DNA of 64,000 bases from Lama guanicoe (Eukaryota). This document shows positions 1 through 12,190 of the stretch, piece by piece. The position numbers were made by a program, and so were the translations under genes. Location of the stretch: contig MU053304.1 in assembly GCA_013239625.1 (NCBI GenBank), forward strand, positions 3,038,001-3,102,000, read 5' to 3'. A model generated the notes under the pieces. The model saw only the letters and a list, made by a program, of their open reading frames with translations, searched no databases and had not been told where the DNA came from. The stretch's first letter is position 1, and each line of letters begins with the position of its first letter.

Positions 1-1149
1 AAACAGTTTCCCTTAATTCAGATGTTAACTGAATGTAGGAGTTAACACTCTATAAACTTTTTATGTGCCTTTTGGTTAGGGTCTCTGAGATAAATTGGTT
101 TAAAATTCTCATCTTTAACTTTCTTTGACCTTTAATAGTTTCTTTTTTAGACAATGTGTATTTGAAAGGGTTCTTCAAAGTGAATGTTAATTGCATGCTT
201 ATCAGAGAAGTTATTCCCTTTAGGAAGAAATTCCTCAAAGGTTGATAGGAAAAGAGAATATTTGTCATCAGAACATTTTTGTAAATTGTTCTAATACCCT
301 CAAAAAATAAGGTTTGAGATATGAGAAAAGAAAGACCCTCCAGACTTTAGTCTCTCCGGTTATCAGCCCCCTACAAACCTCATCAAATTATTTCCTAATT
401 GATGAATGAATCCTTCTTAGTGAATTATAGTTATGAGTCAATGGAACAAAAATGAGATTAAAACTTCATTCAAAATGAACACATTTGCGTTCCTGGTCAG
501 CCATGCTATTTTTCAAAAGTCAGGAATCAGCAACTTTTTGCCAGAAGAGAATGTCATCACTAAGGGGAAAAAGAAAACATGATCAAATGGCAGGAACTTT
601 GTAGAACAGACAAAGCGTGGGGCTGGGGTTCTGAGGGTACACATTCTAGACAGTGTAAGAAGATGAGATCAAAATCCAAGAGATTTGAGTAAAAATTCTA
701 TAGTATTACATTTCAATTTGACCTATCAATATGAACTCATACATCTTTAGAAATACATTTCCCACTTCTTCCCTAGAAGGTGTTAGAAGCAGTGTACCTT
801 GTCCTTATAATCAGTACCTTGTAGAATGAAGATCTTGATCTCTCTGTGCCGTACTTGGCCCCAGAACGTAACTGTGGCTTCTTAGAGAAGTAACTGATTC
901 CAGGTCTGAGGCAGAAAAAAAAGCAAGCTTGGAACATCTTGTTACAGAAAGCAAGGAACGCTCCAAGACGAGTGGGCATGTATTAAGACAATACAGTCTC
1001 CACAAAAACTAAGGGATTGTGACACACTGACTAGATAAAAATGTGTACTACTGCTCAAAGAAAGAGAAAAGGAGCATTTGCTACCACTGGCAGCGTCTAT
1101 TGAACCAAATCCTTGCTCTGAATATTAGTACTTTGGGGGAAGGACTATA

Positions 1150-2115
1150 CGTCATACCAGGTGCTGAGGGAAAGCTCTTTACAGCAGAATTCCAGCTAAT
1201 ACTACATAGAAAGAATAATAAGACACTTATGACCACAAAAGAAATAGTTAATTCATGCAAGGATCATCAGCGGATATAAAACTACCAGGCAAGTTACATT
1301 GGGGATATTGATATGAGGTCAAAGTATTACCACACAGATTGTTCACTGTTTTCTAAAGTAAATACCTCCTTACAATAGAGAGGCTTCTGTCATCATCTCA
1401 GCTAAGTGACCAAATTAGTATCACTCGTTGTGGGACAAACCGGCATTCTGTGCTTTGTGAAGGGAAGCATATAACGTAAACTTCATCCACGAAATTCTGT
1501 CGGAAAACGTTACCTGAATCTAATCAACTTATAGACTTAACTTTCCGTTTGATGGAAATAGAGAAGACAGAGAGCAAGTGAAACTAAAAGAAAAAACAAT
1601 CATCAAATGCAGAATGTGCAATTTGATAAAAACAAATAATTATTCAATGTGATAAAAAAAATAAGTGGAGAAGATCTGGCACAATTTCTCAACCAAAAAG
1701 AGACATCAGTCAAAAAGCGTGATGTGTAAACCTTTGTCAAAAATTAATTTGGAAACAATAGCCAAAAAATACTTACGGAGCACAATTTGGGGAAGTATAA
1801 TGTGTATTAGGTACTAGATATATTAGGAAGTGATTGTGAGTTTTATTAGGTGTAATATTGACCTGTTCTTTATGGAGGAGAATTTCATTGTTCTAAGAGA
1901 TGCTTGCTGAATTCTTAGGGTGAAGTAGCATCATGTTTGCAAATTACTTGGAATCATTCATTGAATGAATTCAGAGAAAGAGAGAGAAGCGCACAAGAGA
2001 ACAATGCAGCAAAATGTTAACAAGTGTTGAAACTAGTTGTTAGGTACAGGATGTTCATCCTAGCAGCCTTTCAACTTTTCTGTATGTTTGAAATTTTTTT
2101 GTAATAAAAAAGTAT
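1150..2115 (+). mobile_element. Old L1 (L1MC-like) 3' region
   Basis: Characteristic 3'UTR text such as GCAAAATGTTAACA and TTTCAACTTTTCTGTATGTTTGAAATTTTT..TAATAAAA. Confidence 0.7.
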
Positions 2116-2168
2116 AACAAAAAGAGTGAATAGTAATGAATAATATTATTTTTTAAAACTCATAGTAG

Positions 2169-2304
2169 AGGGGTGAGAATATAGCTCAAGTGGTAGAGTG
2201 CATGCTTAGCACATACAAGGTCGTGGGTTCAATCCCCAGTACCTCCTCATAAAATAAATAAATAAATAAATCCAATCACCTCCCCCAACCAAAAAAAAAA
2301 GGAA
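2169..2304 (+). mobile_element. tRNA-Ala-derived SINE (Vic-1 type, camelid)
   Basis: TATAGCTCAAGTGGTAGAG (A box) ... GGGTTCAATCCCCAGTACCTCC (B box), then an (AAAT)n/poly(A) tail. Imperfect TSD AAAACTCATAGTAGAG / AAAACTCTCATAATAGAG. Confidence 0.88.
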
Positions 2305-2345
2305 AAAACTCTCATAATAGAGTACATTAAAAACAAGGCAATATT

Positions 2346-2470
2346 GGGGGGGAGGGTATAGCTTGGAGGTAGAGCGTATACTTAGCATACAGGAAGTCCA
2401 GGGTTCAATCCCCAGTACCTCCATTAAAAGTGAAAAATATGAATAAATTTAATAAAACAAAATAATAAAA
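2346..2470 (+). mobile_element. Second tRNA-Ala-derived SINE (Vic-1 type)
   Basis: GGGGAGGGTATAGCT...GGTAGAGCG...GGGTTCAATCCCCAGTACCTCC with an A-rich tail. Imperfect TSD AAAAACAAGGCAATAT / AAAAATAAGATAATAT. Confidence 0.88.
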
Positions 2471-2789
2471 ATAAGATAATATCAAACCAAAATATGTGTT
2501 AAATAATACTATTTGAATATACAAACAAAACCTTGGTTCTAATCAGAGTAACACAAGGGTACTCAGCTTCTAGTCCTGGTCTGCCCTAACCCATCCTCTG
2601 CCCTGCAGCCAAAGGGACCTTTCAAATGGATCAGGTCATGTTAGGTCAAGCCATCCTTCAGGGGTTTAGAACCAAATCCTAAGGTTGCAAGCCTTCTGGC
2701 AGACTCCTGTTTCCATTCCCCGCAACAGTCAGATGGATGACTGGTCTACTTCACAGAAATGCCCTTTGCACTGGAGGCACCTGTGTCCT

Positions 2790-3418
2790 CCCGGACAGAT
2801 GGATATGGGGGGACGGCTGACTCAGCCCCGAGCCTGCCTTCTGTCTTCTAACTGGGGAGGTGGGAAAGTGAAAGCAACATTTTGCAAAACCCCTTTCAGC
2901 TAAGGGGTTGGGTGTCATGTGACCTGCCTACTGGATGTACTTGTTCAAACTTTGGAATGTAGAAATAATGTAGAGTTGTCTTTACAAGCCTCCTTTCTGG
3001 TTTTTGCTATCTGGCAAAGCCACGAATACATGAGGTGTCTCTGCTAGCACCCCACACCCACGTCTAGCTTCAAGGGGTAACGAGTTGTCAGGGGGGCCGC
3101 TTGATGAGCATTCTAGTCCCTGGACTGCAGCTATGGGCTTCCCTTTTCCACCTTCTGGATAGTCCAGAGGTGGCTGGAGTGGTGGCAACACAGTCACCAC
3201 CAACAGTTGGCGATTTCAATCAATATTCTTGGTTCTGGCATAGCTCCCGTGGTGGGTCAGTTCTGTGTGGCTCTAGAATTAATCTTGGAGGCCCAACTTG
3301 GAACTCGTTCTGTCAGGCCTTCCAATAATTTCCTAAGACCTAATTTCCTACATTGAAACTTTTTTTATTAAAACCAGTAGAGTGGTTTACATTGTCCATA
3401 CTAAACTCCAATTGATAA
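2790..3418 (+). mobile_element. ERVL-class solo LTR (LTR33-like)
   Basis: The 3' end TAAAACCAGTAGAGTGGTTTACATTGTCCATACTAAACTCCAATTGATA resembles ERVL LTR33/LTR16 termini. Confidence 0.55.
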
Positions 3419-4089
3419 AATCTTTAAAAAAAAAATAAGAGGTTTTAAAGTAACTGGAATTACACTTGGTCAGGAATTCCAAAATCTGAAACATCAAACC
3501 ACCTTTGGACACTTGAGAGAAAAACAGATCACCTGATTCTTCCTCCAACCTACAGGATAAGAACCCCTCTAGGTGGAGCTTAGGATGTATTCTTAAAACC
3601 TCCCAGGTGATTGTGATGCAACCTGCCTAGCACGGAAGTCCATGGACAAGCACATAGGATTTTAAGGCCTGTAGACGTCATGAGACCCAGTCTGCTATCT
3701 GATTCAAGAGTCTTCATGCTGACATTCTGATATTTCCCAATCTTCCTCTCCCACAGATTACATTATTGTCTGCAGTGATTTCCCAACCTACCAGAAACTC
3801 TCTGTTAAGAAAAGCCACCTCCATAGAAAGAATGAAATAACTTCTTCCAAAACTATGCAAGGAAGTAAATGCCCAGCTTAGACTGTGATTTAAAAATTCA
3901 CATTTTATTTTCAGAATAATAACAGTATGTGACATGCTGCGCTCTTTAAGGAGATTTTTATTAGCTAAAGGCACACTCTAGATAGTCTTAATATGCCAAA
4001 GCAAGATCTAAAAGTTGTTTCTTACATACTCATGGAATTGTAAGATATGCGATCAGAAGCAATTTTAAAGATAATTGTTTTAAAACAGA

Positions 4090-4235
4090 GACCTAGAGTA
4101 GGAGAAACAAGTTAAAAATAATGACATTGAGAAAAAGTGACTGCAGAGGCATGACCTAGAGTAGGAGAAACAAGTTAAAAATAATGGAGAAACAAGTTAA
4201 AAATAATGACATTGAGAAAAAGTGACTGCAGAGGC
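4090..4235. repeat. Complex perfect local duplication/triplication
   Basis: A 61-bp unit (4090-4150), then AT, a partial copy (4153-4185) and an overlapping partial copy (4186-4235). Confidence 0.9.
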
Positions 4236-6119
4236 CTTTACCTTGGTCTTTTACTCAGTTCTTGGCAGAACAAAGAGCAAGCATAGCATTCAGGGCTCTT
4301 TTCAAATAAACGCCGATGTACGTTCACTTCTCCACTTAAGCGTTCCTTGATTTTCACTGGGGTCTTACCCCAAGATGCTCACTAACATCCCCTCTTCTGT
4401 GGATCCAACTCTAACATAAGTTGTTGGAGAGTTGACTAACGATGGAGAAAGCAACAGAGTAAAACAGAATAACAAAAAAAATGAGAAAAATCTGTAATTT
4501 TGAAAGAGACCAGTGACTACGAACATGTGCACAATGAACTTAAATCAGGAAGCAAAGGTGGAGAGGCAACATTTCTTCCAACATCACCTTTCAGAGCCTG
4601 AGAAATAATTGAGGATGGAAGCCCAATGACTCCAATATTCTGAGGCTGATAGTGACACTGAGTGTCGCCTTCTGTGACTGACACAGGTAGACCACAGCTG
4701 TACCCAAAATCCTTTTAATTTCGCATCCCTCTTTGACTATCAACTATGTTAAATTATCTGAAAGTTGTTATGTTATTAGCCTGAATGGCTAAATGACAGT
4801 TAAATATCACAGAAATAGTCAGATCTGAGCTTTAGGGTAGAGAATTTACATTAGTAAATAAATAAACGTGAAACTCATTTGGGTCTGTTCAGAAGTTCAT
4901 GGTAACGACTTCATAGAAATTCTGCATCTGATAAACAGGGTATCAGGATTTCAGAGTTTGGCATAGAAATTGGCCCCTGCTTCCTAGATAAGTGATTGCC
5001 AATAAGGACTAGTAAACTCATAGAGGAAAACAAAAAATTTAATTTAGTTTTTTAAAACACACAAAGAAAATTCAACACTTACTGTAGCTGAGCAGGAAGA
5101 CTCATGATCTTTCATTAACAGCAGGTATTTTCTGGGTGCCTAGAGTGTGACAGGCTCTCTATGGAGCCCTGGCACAGAGGGGTGAACAGGGTCCTTGTTT
5201 TCATGGAGCTCCCACTCTGGATATGTTATATGTTCCTGGGATCCTACCAATAATCTGACGGTCTCCGTCTCTTCAGAAGCCCAAAGCATTAGGGCTTGAT
5301 TCCCAGCCTCAGTTCTTGCTGAACATGTAATCCTCAGTGTTCATCCCACCCGGATAGCTGGCTCCTCCTCCTGGTCCCCATGGTGGACATGTCCATCAAC
5401 ATGGCACCATCTTGAAGTGGGAATGACCTGATCCCATCGTACAGGGAGAAAAACTCACCCACGCCCTTCAGATGAGGAAGGTCAGTTTTGGGGGAGGAAG
5501 GTCAGTTTTGGGGGAGGAAAACAAAATTTTCCTTGCCTTAATCAACGTTTTCTTTTCTTAATCAACTTACCAGCTTAGGGACCCCATTCAGATAGGATGC
5601 TCTGGACTGATCCTGACCTCCATAGAGATAAGAAAGACTGGCCCTCGCCCATGGCCTTTTCCCAGGAACCAAAGTCACTTAACCATGGGAAGTAAAGATT
5701 CTTGGACCCCACCCTAAACCTAATAAATCAGAATTACTGGGAATTTCTATTTTTAACAAGCAAGAGGGAGACCAAGAGCTATTTCTATTTTTAACAAACC
5801 CTAGATATTCTATCAAAATGTTAGTGTCTTTTAAAGACTTTTTTCTGTTTATGAAATGAATATATGTATATGGTAAGGAATTTTTCAAAAAGAAAAAAAA
5901 TGTTAAAAAGAGAACAAAATTTACCTATTATCCTATAGCCTAGGATTCAGGAAAATTATCAGATGGTGTTTTCCTGTTTATTTTTCTCCTGTGCATATAC
6001 ATAAATATTTTTCTAATATAAGGTCATACTACAAATACTGATTATTTTTCTTGTAGATTTTCCTCTATTTACAGGCACATCTATTCTGAACACATCTGAT
6101 TAGTATTTTACAGAAATAA

Positions 6120-6750
6120 TTTTATTCAACTATTATTTATTGAGCACTGCCCATCTGCAGACACTGTTTTAGGTGCTGGGCATCCAGAAATGAGCATGGA
6201 GGAGAAGACCAGTGTCTAAATGAACTTACGTTACAATAACAGGGGATGGTCAAGAAACTAGTTAACTGATATATGAATGAATAAAATAGTTACAGTTAGT
6301 GCAAGTGTCAGGAATGAGAGCATTTGGGTGCAATTAGGTGTCAGGAATGTTTCCAAGTGTAAATTCACTTAATCCTTATAACAACCCAGAAGAGCAAGCA
6401 CTGGCATTCCCCTCATTTTACAAATGCGAAAACAGAGGCACCAATCGCTTGCCAAGGTAGCTAAGTATTTACAAGGTGCTATGAAATTAATAACTGGGAA
6501 GAGCAACTTGGGTCAGGTGGCCAGAAAAGCCCTTCGGTGGAGGTGTTATTGGAGCTGCAACGCCGAGGACAAGAAGCGGGCAGCAGTGCAGACACTGAGG
6601 AGGACCATGGGTGTCAGAGTGACATCCACTGTCATGATGCACAGGGTCCTGATGTTGAGGCACCACCTCCTTTAGTTTCTGGATTGTGGAGAAATTCTGG
6701 ATGTTCTAGGGAAGGAATGGGATGGTGATTGGAGGTCCAAGGCAATATAA
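6120..6750 (-). mobile_element. L2 fragments with a nested MIR
   Basis: TATTTATTGAGCACTGCC...AGGTGCTGGG is an L2 3' end; CATTTTACAAATGCGAAAACAGAGGCA at ~6415 is a MIR core. Confidence 0.65.
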
Positions 6751-7803
6751 CTCTACTGATGAGTAAAGTGTTCTGATCATTTTAACAACCGTAGGTGACA
6801 CCAGCTAACAACCATCTGTGGATATACTAAGTAAAGATGAGACTGTATACACGTACAGCCACGCTGTAAGTTATCCCTGGTTGCTGGACGTTTGTTATAA
6901 ATGTTATAAAGTTATATACATGTTATAAATGTTATAAAGTTATTGTTCCTTTATGACATTGTCACGAACATCTTTATCTATATGTATTTATGCATTTATG
7001 GCATTATTTCTTTAGAGTGGATTCCCAGGAAATAGAGATACTGTGAAACATGTTTAAGGTTTTTGACACACTCTGAAAAAGTGTCTTTAAGACGTGTCAA
7101 GTCATACTCCATCAATTGTGCACGAGTGCTGTTTCTCCCTAGGAATTATCAAGCAGTTTTCCTAACCATTCAAAGTTATCCAAAGAGCACTTTCTAGGTG
7201 TGAAGACCTATATTAACCTTACAAGAGATTCGAAGAGGTAGAAGTAATGGGAGGCTTTTTGTCTACAGGAGAGCCCAGCATTGTGCAGAGAGGAAGCGCG
7301 TGTGGTAGCTACAGTTCATGGGATGACAAGGTGCAGACTCCATCACTGGGAGAGACACAACATGCTACAGATGCTCAGAGGAATGCGGGCATAGCTTTGA
7401 CTGGGCTGATCTGGGAATGGTCCACGTAGGAGGAAGAATATGAACTGGGTCTTGATCTGCTTGGGCCGAGGGCAGCATTCTAAATGAAGCTATAGAGAGA
7501 GATGTAAAAGCAGAAAAGAGCAAAGTTTGTCAAAGCCAAGGAAAGGAAGCCAATGCGCCTGGAGTACGTAGAACATGAGTTACTCCAAGAGGCAGGATGA
7601 GACCAGCTCACGGAGGGCCCTGCACCCCAGGCTGGGGATTTGATAGGTAATAGGGCCCAGGAACAATTTATAACCCACAGAATGCCAAAATCAATTTTTG
7701 AGGATAAATATGGCAATGATATGCAAGGGATATTCAAATGGGAAGATGTTAGAGGCTGGTAAGAGCCACAGAAAGAAGGGGAAGGCGCTGAGGATGGATG
7801 CCC

Positions 7804-8431
7804 TGTAGCAGCTCTAAAACAAGCCCCAGCCTGGAGTCCCCACCAAGGAGAAACTGCTGAGTTCACCCAAAGGGGAGCACTTGGCCATGACCCAAGACAG
7901 CCTTACCATTCCCCACCCAGTTTGACCAGACTTTAGACCTGCATCTTCCTCCCTGACCTCCCTTTCCTTAGAGCATCTACTGCAGAAAACTTATTATTAT
8001 AAATTCTTTCTCTGATCCTTTGAAATACAAATCACTTTACAAGGCTTTTGCCAGTTCTACAGCTCAGGGGTGGCTTTCTCAAGCACCTGGGGACCATCCC
8101 TTTGAAATGTAATCATCAAAGAAAACAGTGCCCCTACCTCCCAGCCTCTGAGGAAGGACAGAAGCCTAACTTCAGTGGGCAATGGCTCCAAGTTACAAAA
8201 CTGCTTTCTGCAGTGAAGATACAAGAAATTTCATTCTTCCTATGGGTAAAGCCAGTTAGCAAACAAAAGTGGACTATAGTACCCTACCCCAGCTATTAAA
8301 TATCTTCCTGCTCTTTGTTTCAGTGGAATTGGGTCCAGACTTTAGTTCTGGTCTCTCTCCCTTATTGCAATAGCCTGGAACAAAGTTGTCTTTGCCTATT
8401 TAATTTTGTCCAGTGCAGTGTTTGTCTTGGC
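7804..8431 (+). mobile_element. ERV1 solo LTR (MER31/MER67-like)
   Basis: TG...CA termini; TTTGAAATGTAATCATCAA and TCTCTCCCTTATTGCAATAG..AAAGTTGTCTTTGCC motifs typical of this LTR group. Confidence 0.65.
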
Positions 8432-8950
8432 AGCTGTGGTGAAAGCCTGGAAGATTTGGAAGACCATGAATTTGCAATAGCACCAGACCACAGGGGATGG
8501 AACTCTGCCACCAGGACTTGGCCGTCAGCAAATTAAGAAGATGAAAAGTGAACTGAACCACACACAGGGAGTTTTGCAGCTTGGATGTGGTACAAGGGAG
8601 CAAAAGGACAAGGATGCTAGCAGGAGAATTGTTTTGGTGGCACGTCATGGGGTTTATGCTGGCCGGAGAAAGAATCGGAGCCTGATGATAGATGGAAAGA
8701 AAAGGGAAGAATCAAGAAATTCGAAGCCTGTGAGATCAAAACAATGAAGCAAAGCAGATGTAAGGAAATGGGAGTAAGTGGTAAGAAGAGAAACAGCCAT
8801 CTTCAGAGAGGGGGATCAGCCAGCCCAGTCCGATCATGCCTTTCCCTGCTGGAACCCCTTTGCTGGTTTGTGATTGTCTCAGGGAGGATGTCACTTCCTT
8901 AAGGTGACACCTGTCTCTTCCACCCTCATCGTCAACCACTTCTTCAGTGT

Positions 8951-9067
8951 GCACACACACATACACACACACACACACACATACACACACACACACACAT
9001 ACATACACACACACATACACACACACATACATACACAAACACACATACACACACACACATACACACA

Positions 9068-9099
<32 letters not shown>
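8951..9099. repeat. Compound (CA)n/(CATA) microsatellite, ~150 bp
   Basis: Directly visible; it explains the VC/HT-rich ORFs in the track. Confidence 0.98.
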
Positions 9100-10203
9100 T
9101 CCCTTTCTCCACCTGGAGCAACTTGAAACATGTCCACACGTGTTCAGCTCTTATGCTTCCTGACCTCGGAGCCCCCCTGCAAGTCCCAGGCAGAACTCAT
9201 GCTGTTCCCTTCATTTCTATAGCATTTCTTTTACACGGTACTTTTGTGGGTTAAGAAAAAAAAAAAAAAGCCTCTTCCTCAATTGTAGGATTGTAGGTTA
9301 AAATGTACAATTTACATTTTTTGCTGTCAGGGTTTCTTTTACTTTTTGCAGGGGAGAGGGGTAATATTTTAACCCCCTTTGTTGTTCAAGGGAAAACATC
9401 ACTGTACTCCAGCTGACATTTCCACCCAGGCTGACTCATCTGCAAGCTGGTTTCACGTTTAGAGATGGTGAGCCAGTTCCGACAGTGGGGCAGAGAGCAG
9501 GGGCAGGCCTGGTCAGGCCCAGACAAGGTCAGAGCTGAGTGAGCAGGAGCTGGCGGAGGAGGCAGGTGGGAGCCCTGAGGGTGGAAACTGAGGAAATGGA
9601 ATCCCCACCAAAAACAGAATCCAGATGGGCCAGATGAAGCTGCACCGGATGTGCCGAATCCAGAGAGCCACGCACAAGGGCGAGGAAAGATTAAGGGGTC
9701 CTCTGCAATTGCCTAAGGCTCGATTTATTAAAGGAGACACACGCCATCTGACCTTTCTGTTTGGAGTCTCTACTCTACATGCACTGAAGCAAGGGTAGGC
9801 CACTGGGGTCTGTAACCCAGAAAAAAGGGCTTCTTGCCTCTCCCGTCACTGGGGGTAGGGGTAAGGGGACACAATGACGAACTTCCCCTTTTCAGGGAAT
9901 AACTATGTGTGTCAGCTTCTGCCTTGAGATATGAATCCATCACTGCCAGATGGTTCAGGTCAGATGGGACCTTCATGAATTAAGTTTTTCCAACGTTATC
10001 CGACTCAGTGAACATAGCCCCATCCCAACATGGGTGAGATAGATGTGAGAAAACTTCTGTAGCAGAAGCCTCCATTCACATCAGGAACTGCAGAGCTTGT
10101 GTCAAAACGTGGTTTTTGTGAACCATGTTAGAGTGAATCCATGAATATCCGTGATAAATCCCAGGGGTCTTGGGATCAGCTGCTGTTCATTCCCCGTGGC
10201 CCC

Positions 10204-10605
10204 TGCATCAGTCTGCCAGGGCGCCCGGAATGAACGCCACGGGCTGGGAGGCTGAAACAACATGAATTAACCTTCTCACAGTTCTGGAGGCTGGAAATTC
10301 AAGCTCAAGGTACCAGCAGGGCTGGTTTCTTTCAAGGCCTCTCTCCTTGGCTTGCAGATGGCCATCTTCTCCCTGGGTCTTCACGTGGTCGTTCCTCTGT
10401 GCATATCTGTGTCCTAATTTCCTCTTCCTGTAAGAACACCAGCCATACTGGATTAGAGCCCACCCTGATGACCTCATTTAATCTAAATTACCTCCTGAAA
10501 GAACCTGTCTCCAAATGCAGTCACATCTGAGGCTATGGAGGTCAAGACTTTGACATATGAATTTTGGGGCTGGGTGACACAAGTGACACAACTCAGCCCA
10601 TGACA
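10204..10605 (-). mobile_element. MaLR LTR (MLT1A/B-like)
   Basis: TTCTCACAGTTCTGGAGGCTGG...GGCTTGCAGATGGCCATCTTCTC...GACACAACTCAGCCCATGACA. Confidence 0.85.
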
Positions 10606-12029
10606 TCTTCTACTGACCTGGGTTTGCCTCTAGATTTCATCCCTCAGGAATCCAGCACTTCTTTTCTTCCCCAGATATCAGCCTCTGAAGCACTAAGCTC
10701 ATCACGATCTGAGTCTGAATGAATCTAAAGCCAACACTAGCATCATCAATTGGAATTTAGATGAATTTAAACTTAATATATTCCTATTAAGAACGCTGAT
10801 ATTCAAGTGAAAGAGGAAGAAAGTAGGAACAAGAAAAGTTGAAAAAAAAGTTTTCATAATAGCCTATCAAACTTGTGACCATTAGCTGTCCTAAAAATGC
10901 TTCGATTCTAATAATTAGAGGAATGGAGAATGTTCTGGGCTGAGCTAGAGCTAGAGCAAGGGCAGCATTTTCTATAATCACATTACTGTACCAGATTTAT
11001 TCATAAACCTTGTTCACCTGTTTCAGGTGAGTCAGAGCCAAAGAAAGAAAATAAATTTGCAAAATCACCCAAGTCTGTAGATATAAATGTTTCTTTATGC
11101 TAATTAGATCACAAATCACAGTATGGGGACATAGTTAAATACCTTAAGTGAGGTCCCAGTTGGAGTTTTGACACTTGGTGAAAAAAGTCAATCCAATGCA
11201 AAATGGTTTAGAGTCTTAGTAATTCTAGTTCATGGCCTGTCCTTTCAGCTAGAAGTCAGAGTAAGCTAAAGTCTAGTACCACAGTCTTCCTGGACCTGAT
11301 TTCATCTCAGAATATTAAGACTATGCTCTTGGGTAGATTTAATCCTGTGTGTCTGTCTTACCTTACCTAGATTCCTTTCTCAGCCGAGAAGAAGACAGAG
11401 GCATTGCTTCTGAGGGAAAGTACATTGTGACAGGCTTCCCACAGGTATGAAGAAATTCTCCATCCTCATCCTCATCCCCAATCCCTCCCCCTTTACCTGA
11501 CTTTATTCTTCTTTTGTATTATACATTTATTTGGTTTTATGATTGTTTTCTGTCTCTCTTTCTATAAATCACATGAAAGCAAGAACTTTGTCCTGCTTGT
11601 CCCCAGTGACCAGAACAATGTCTGACCCATAGAAGGTGCTCGATAAATAGCGATTGACTGAATGGAGGGGCGGAAGACATACCTTTTATTCAATAAATCA
11701 TGATTTAACAAGGAAGAAAAAGCCGTGATACGTGTCTGGCGTTGCTGGGGAAGAAGCAACTGCATCACAACTGGAGCTTACTTCTTAAAGAAGCAAACTT
11801 CTTAAGTCTCCCTGATACCAAAAAAAGTCTTAAATGGTTTATGTTCTAACACACTGATGTTGTCTAAAATAGCAGAGAATACAGGTGATTACAAAGATGG
11901 CAAAGAATCAACACAAGAATCGACATCAAGGAACATCAGACACTACAGGTGTTCTCTTTACTGACAGAAACACTTTATACCAGGCACCTGGTCGGAAACT
12001 TGAGACAAACTAATTCCATCATATCTCTA

Positions 12030-12190
12030 AAGACTATGTGACCTTGGGTAAATTCCTTAACTTCTTTGACCCTCAGTTTCCCTATCCTCAAAGTAGGCAT
12101 AAAAATGGTACCTACCTCATAGTTAAATGAGATAATACATTAGTGATGTTAGCATATCACTTGCTGCGTACCAGTCTAGGTGTTATTAAT
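12030..12190 (+). mobile_element. MIR SINE
   Basis: TGTGACCTTGGGTAAATTCCTTAACTTCTTTGACCTCAGTTTCCCTATC core. Confidence 0.8.

Noticed and set aside
818..905. Exon-like segment on the minus strand (acceptor TTTTTTTCTGCCTCAG, donor AAG|GTACTG), considered as a DAW1 exon
   Set aside because: Neither open frame (PGISYFSKKPQLRSGAKYGTERSRSSFYK or LESVTSLRSHSYVLGPSTAQRDQDLHST) matches DAW1 or any protein I recognise, and there are no partner exons. At most it is a non-coding or cryptic exon.
2169..2425. tRNA-Ala-like sequences
   Set aside because: A-rich tails, TSDs and broken stems show these are SINEs, not tRNA genes.
4090..4235. Repeat-spacer (CRISPR-like) appearance of local direct repeats
   Set aside because: No unique spacers, only 2-3 overlapping copies, and a mammalian context.
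8736..9254. Long VC/HT-rich ORFs
   Set aside because: Translation of the (CA)n microsatellite.
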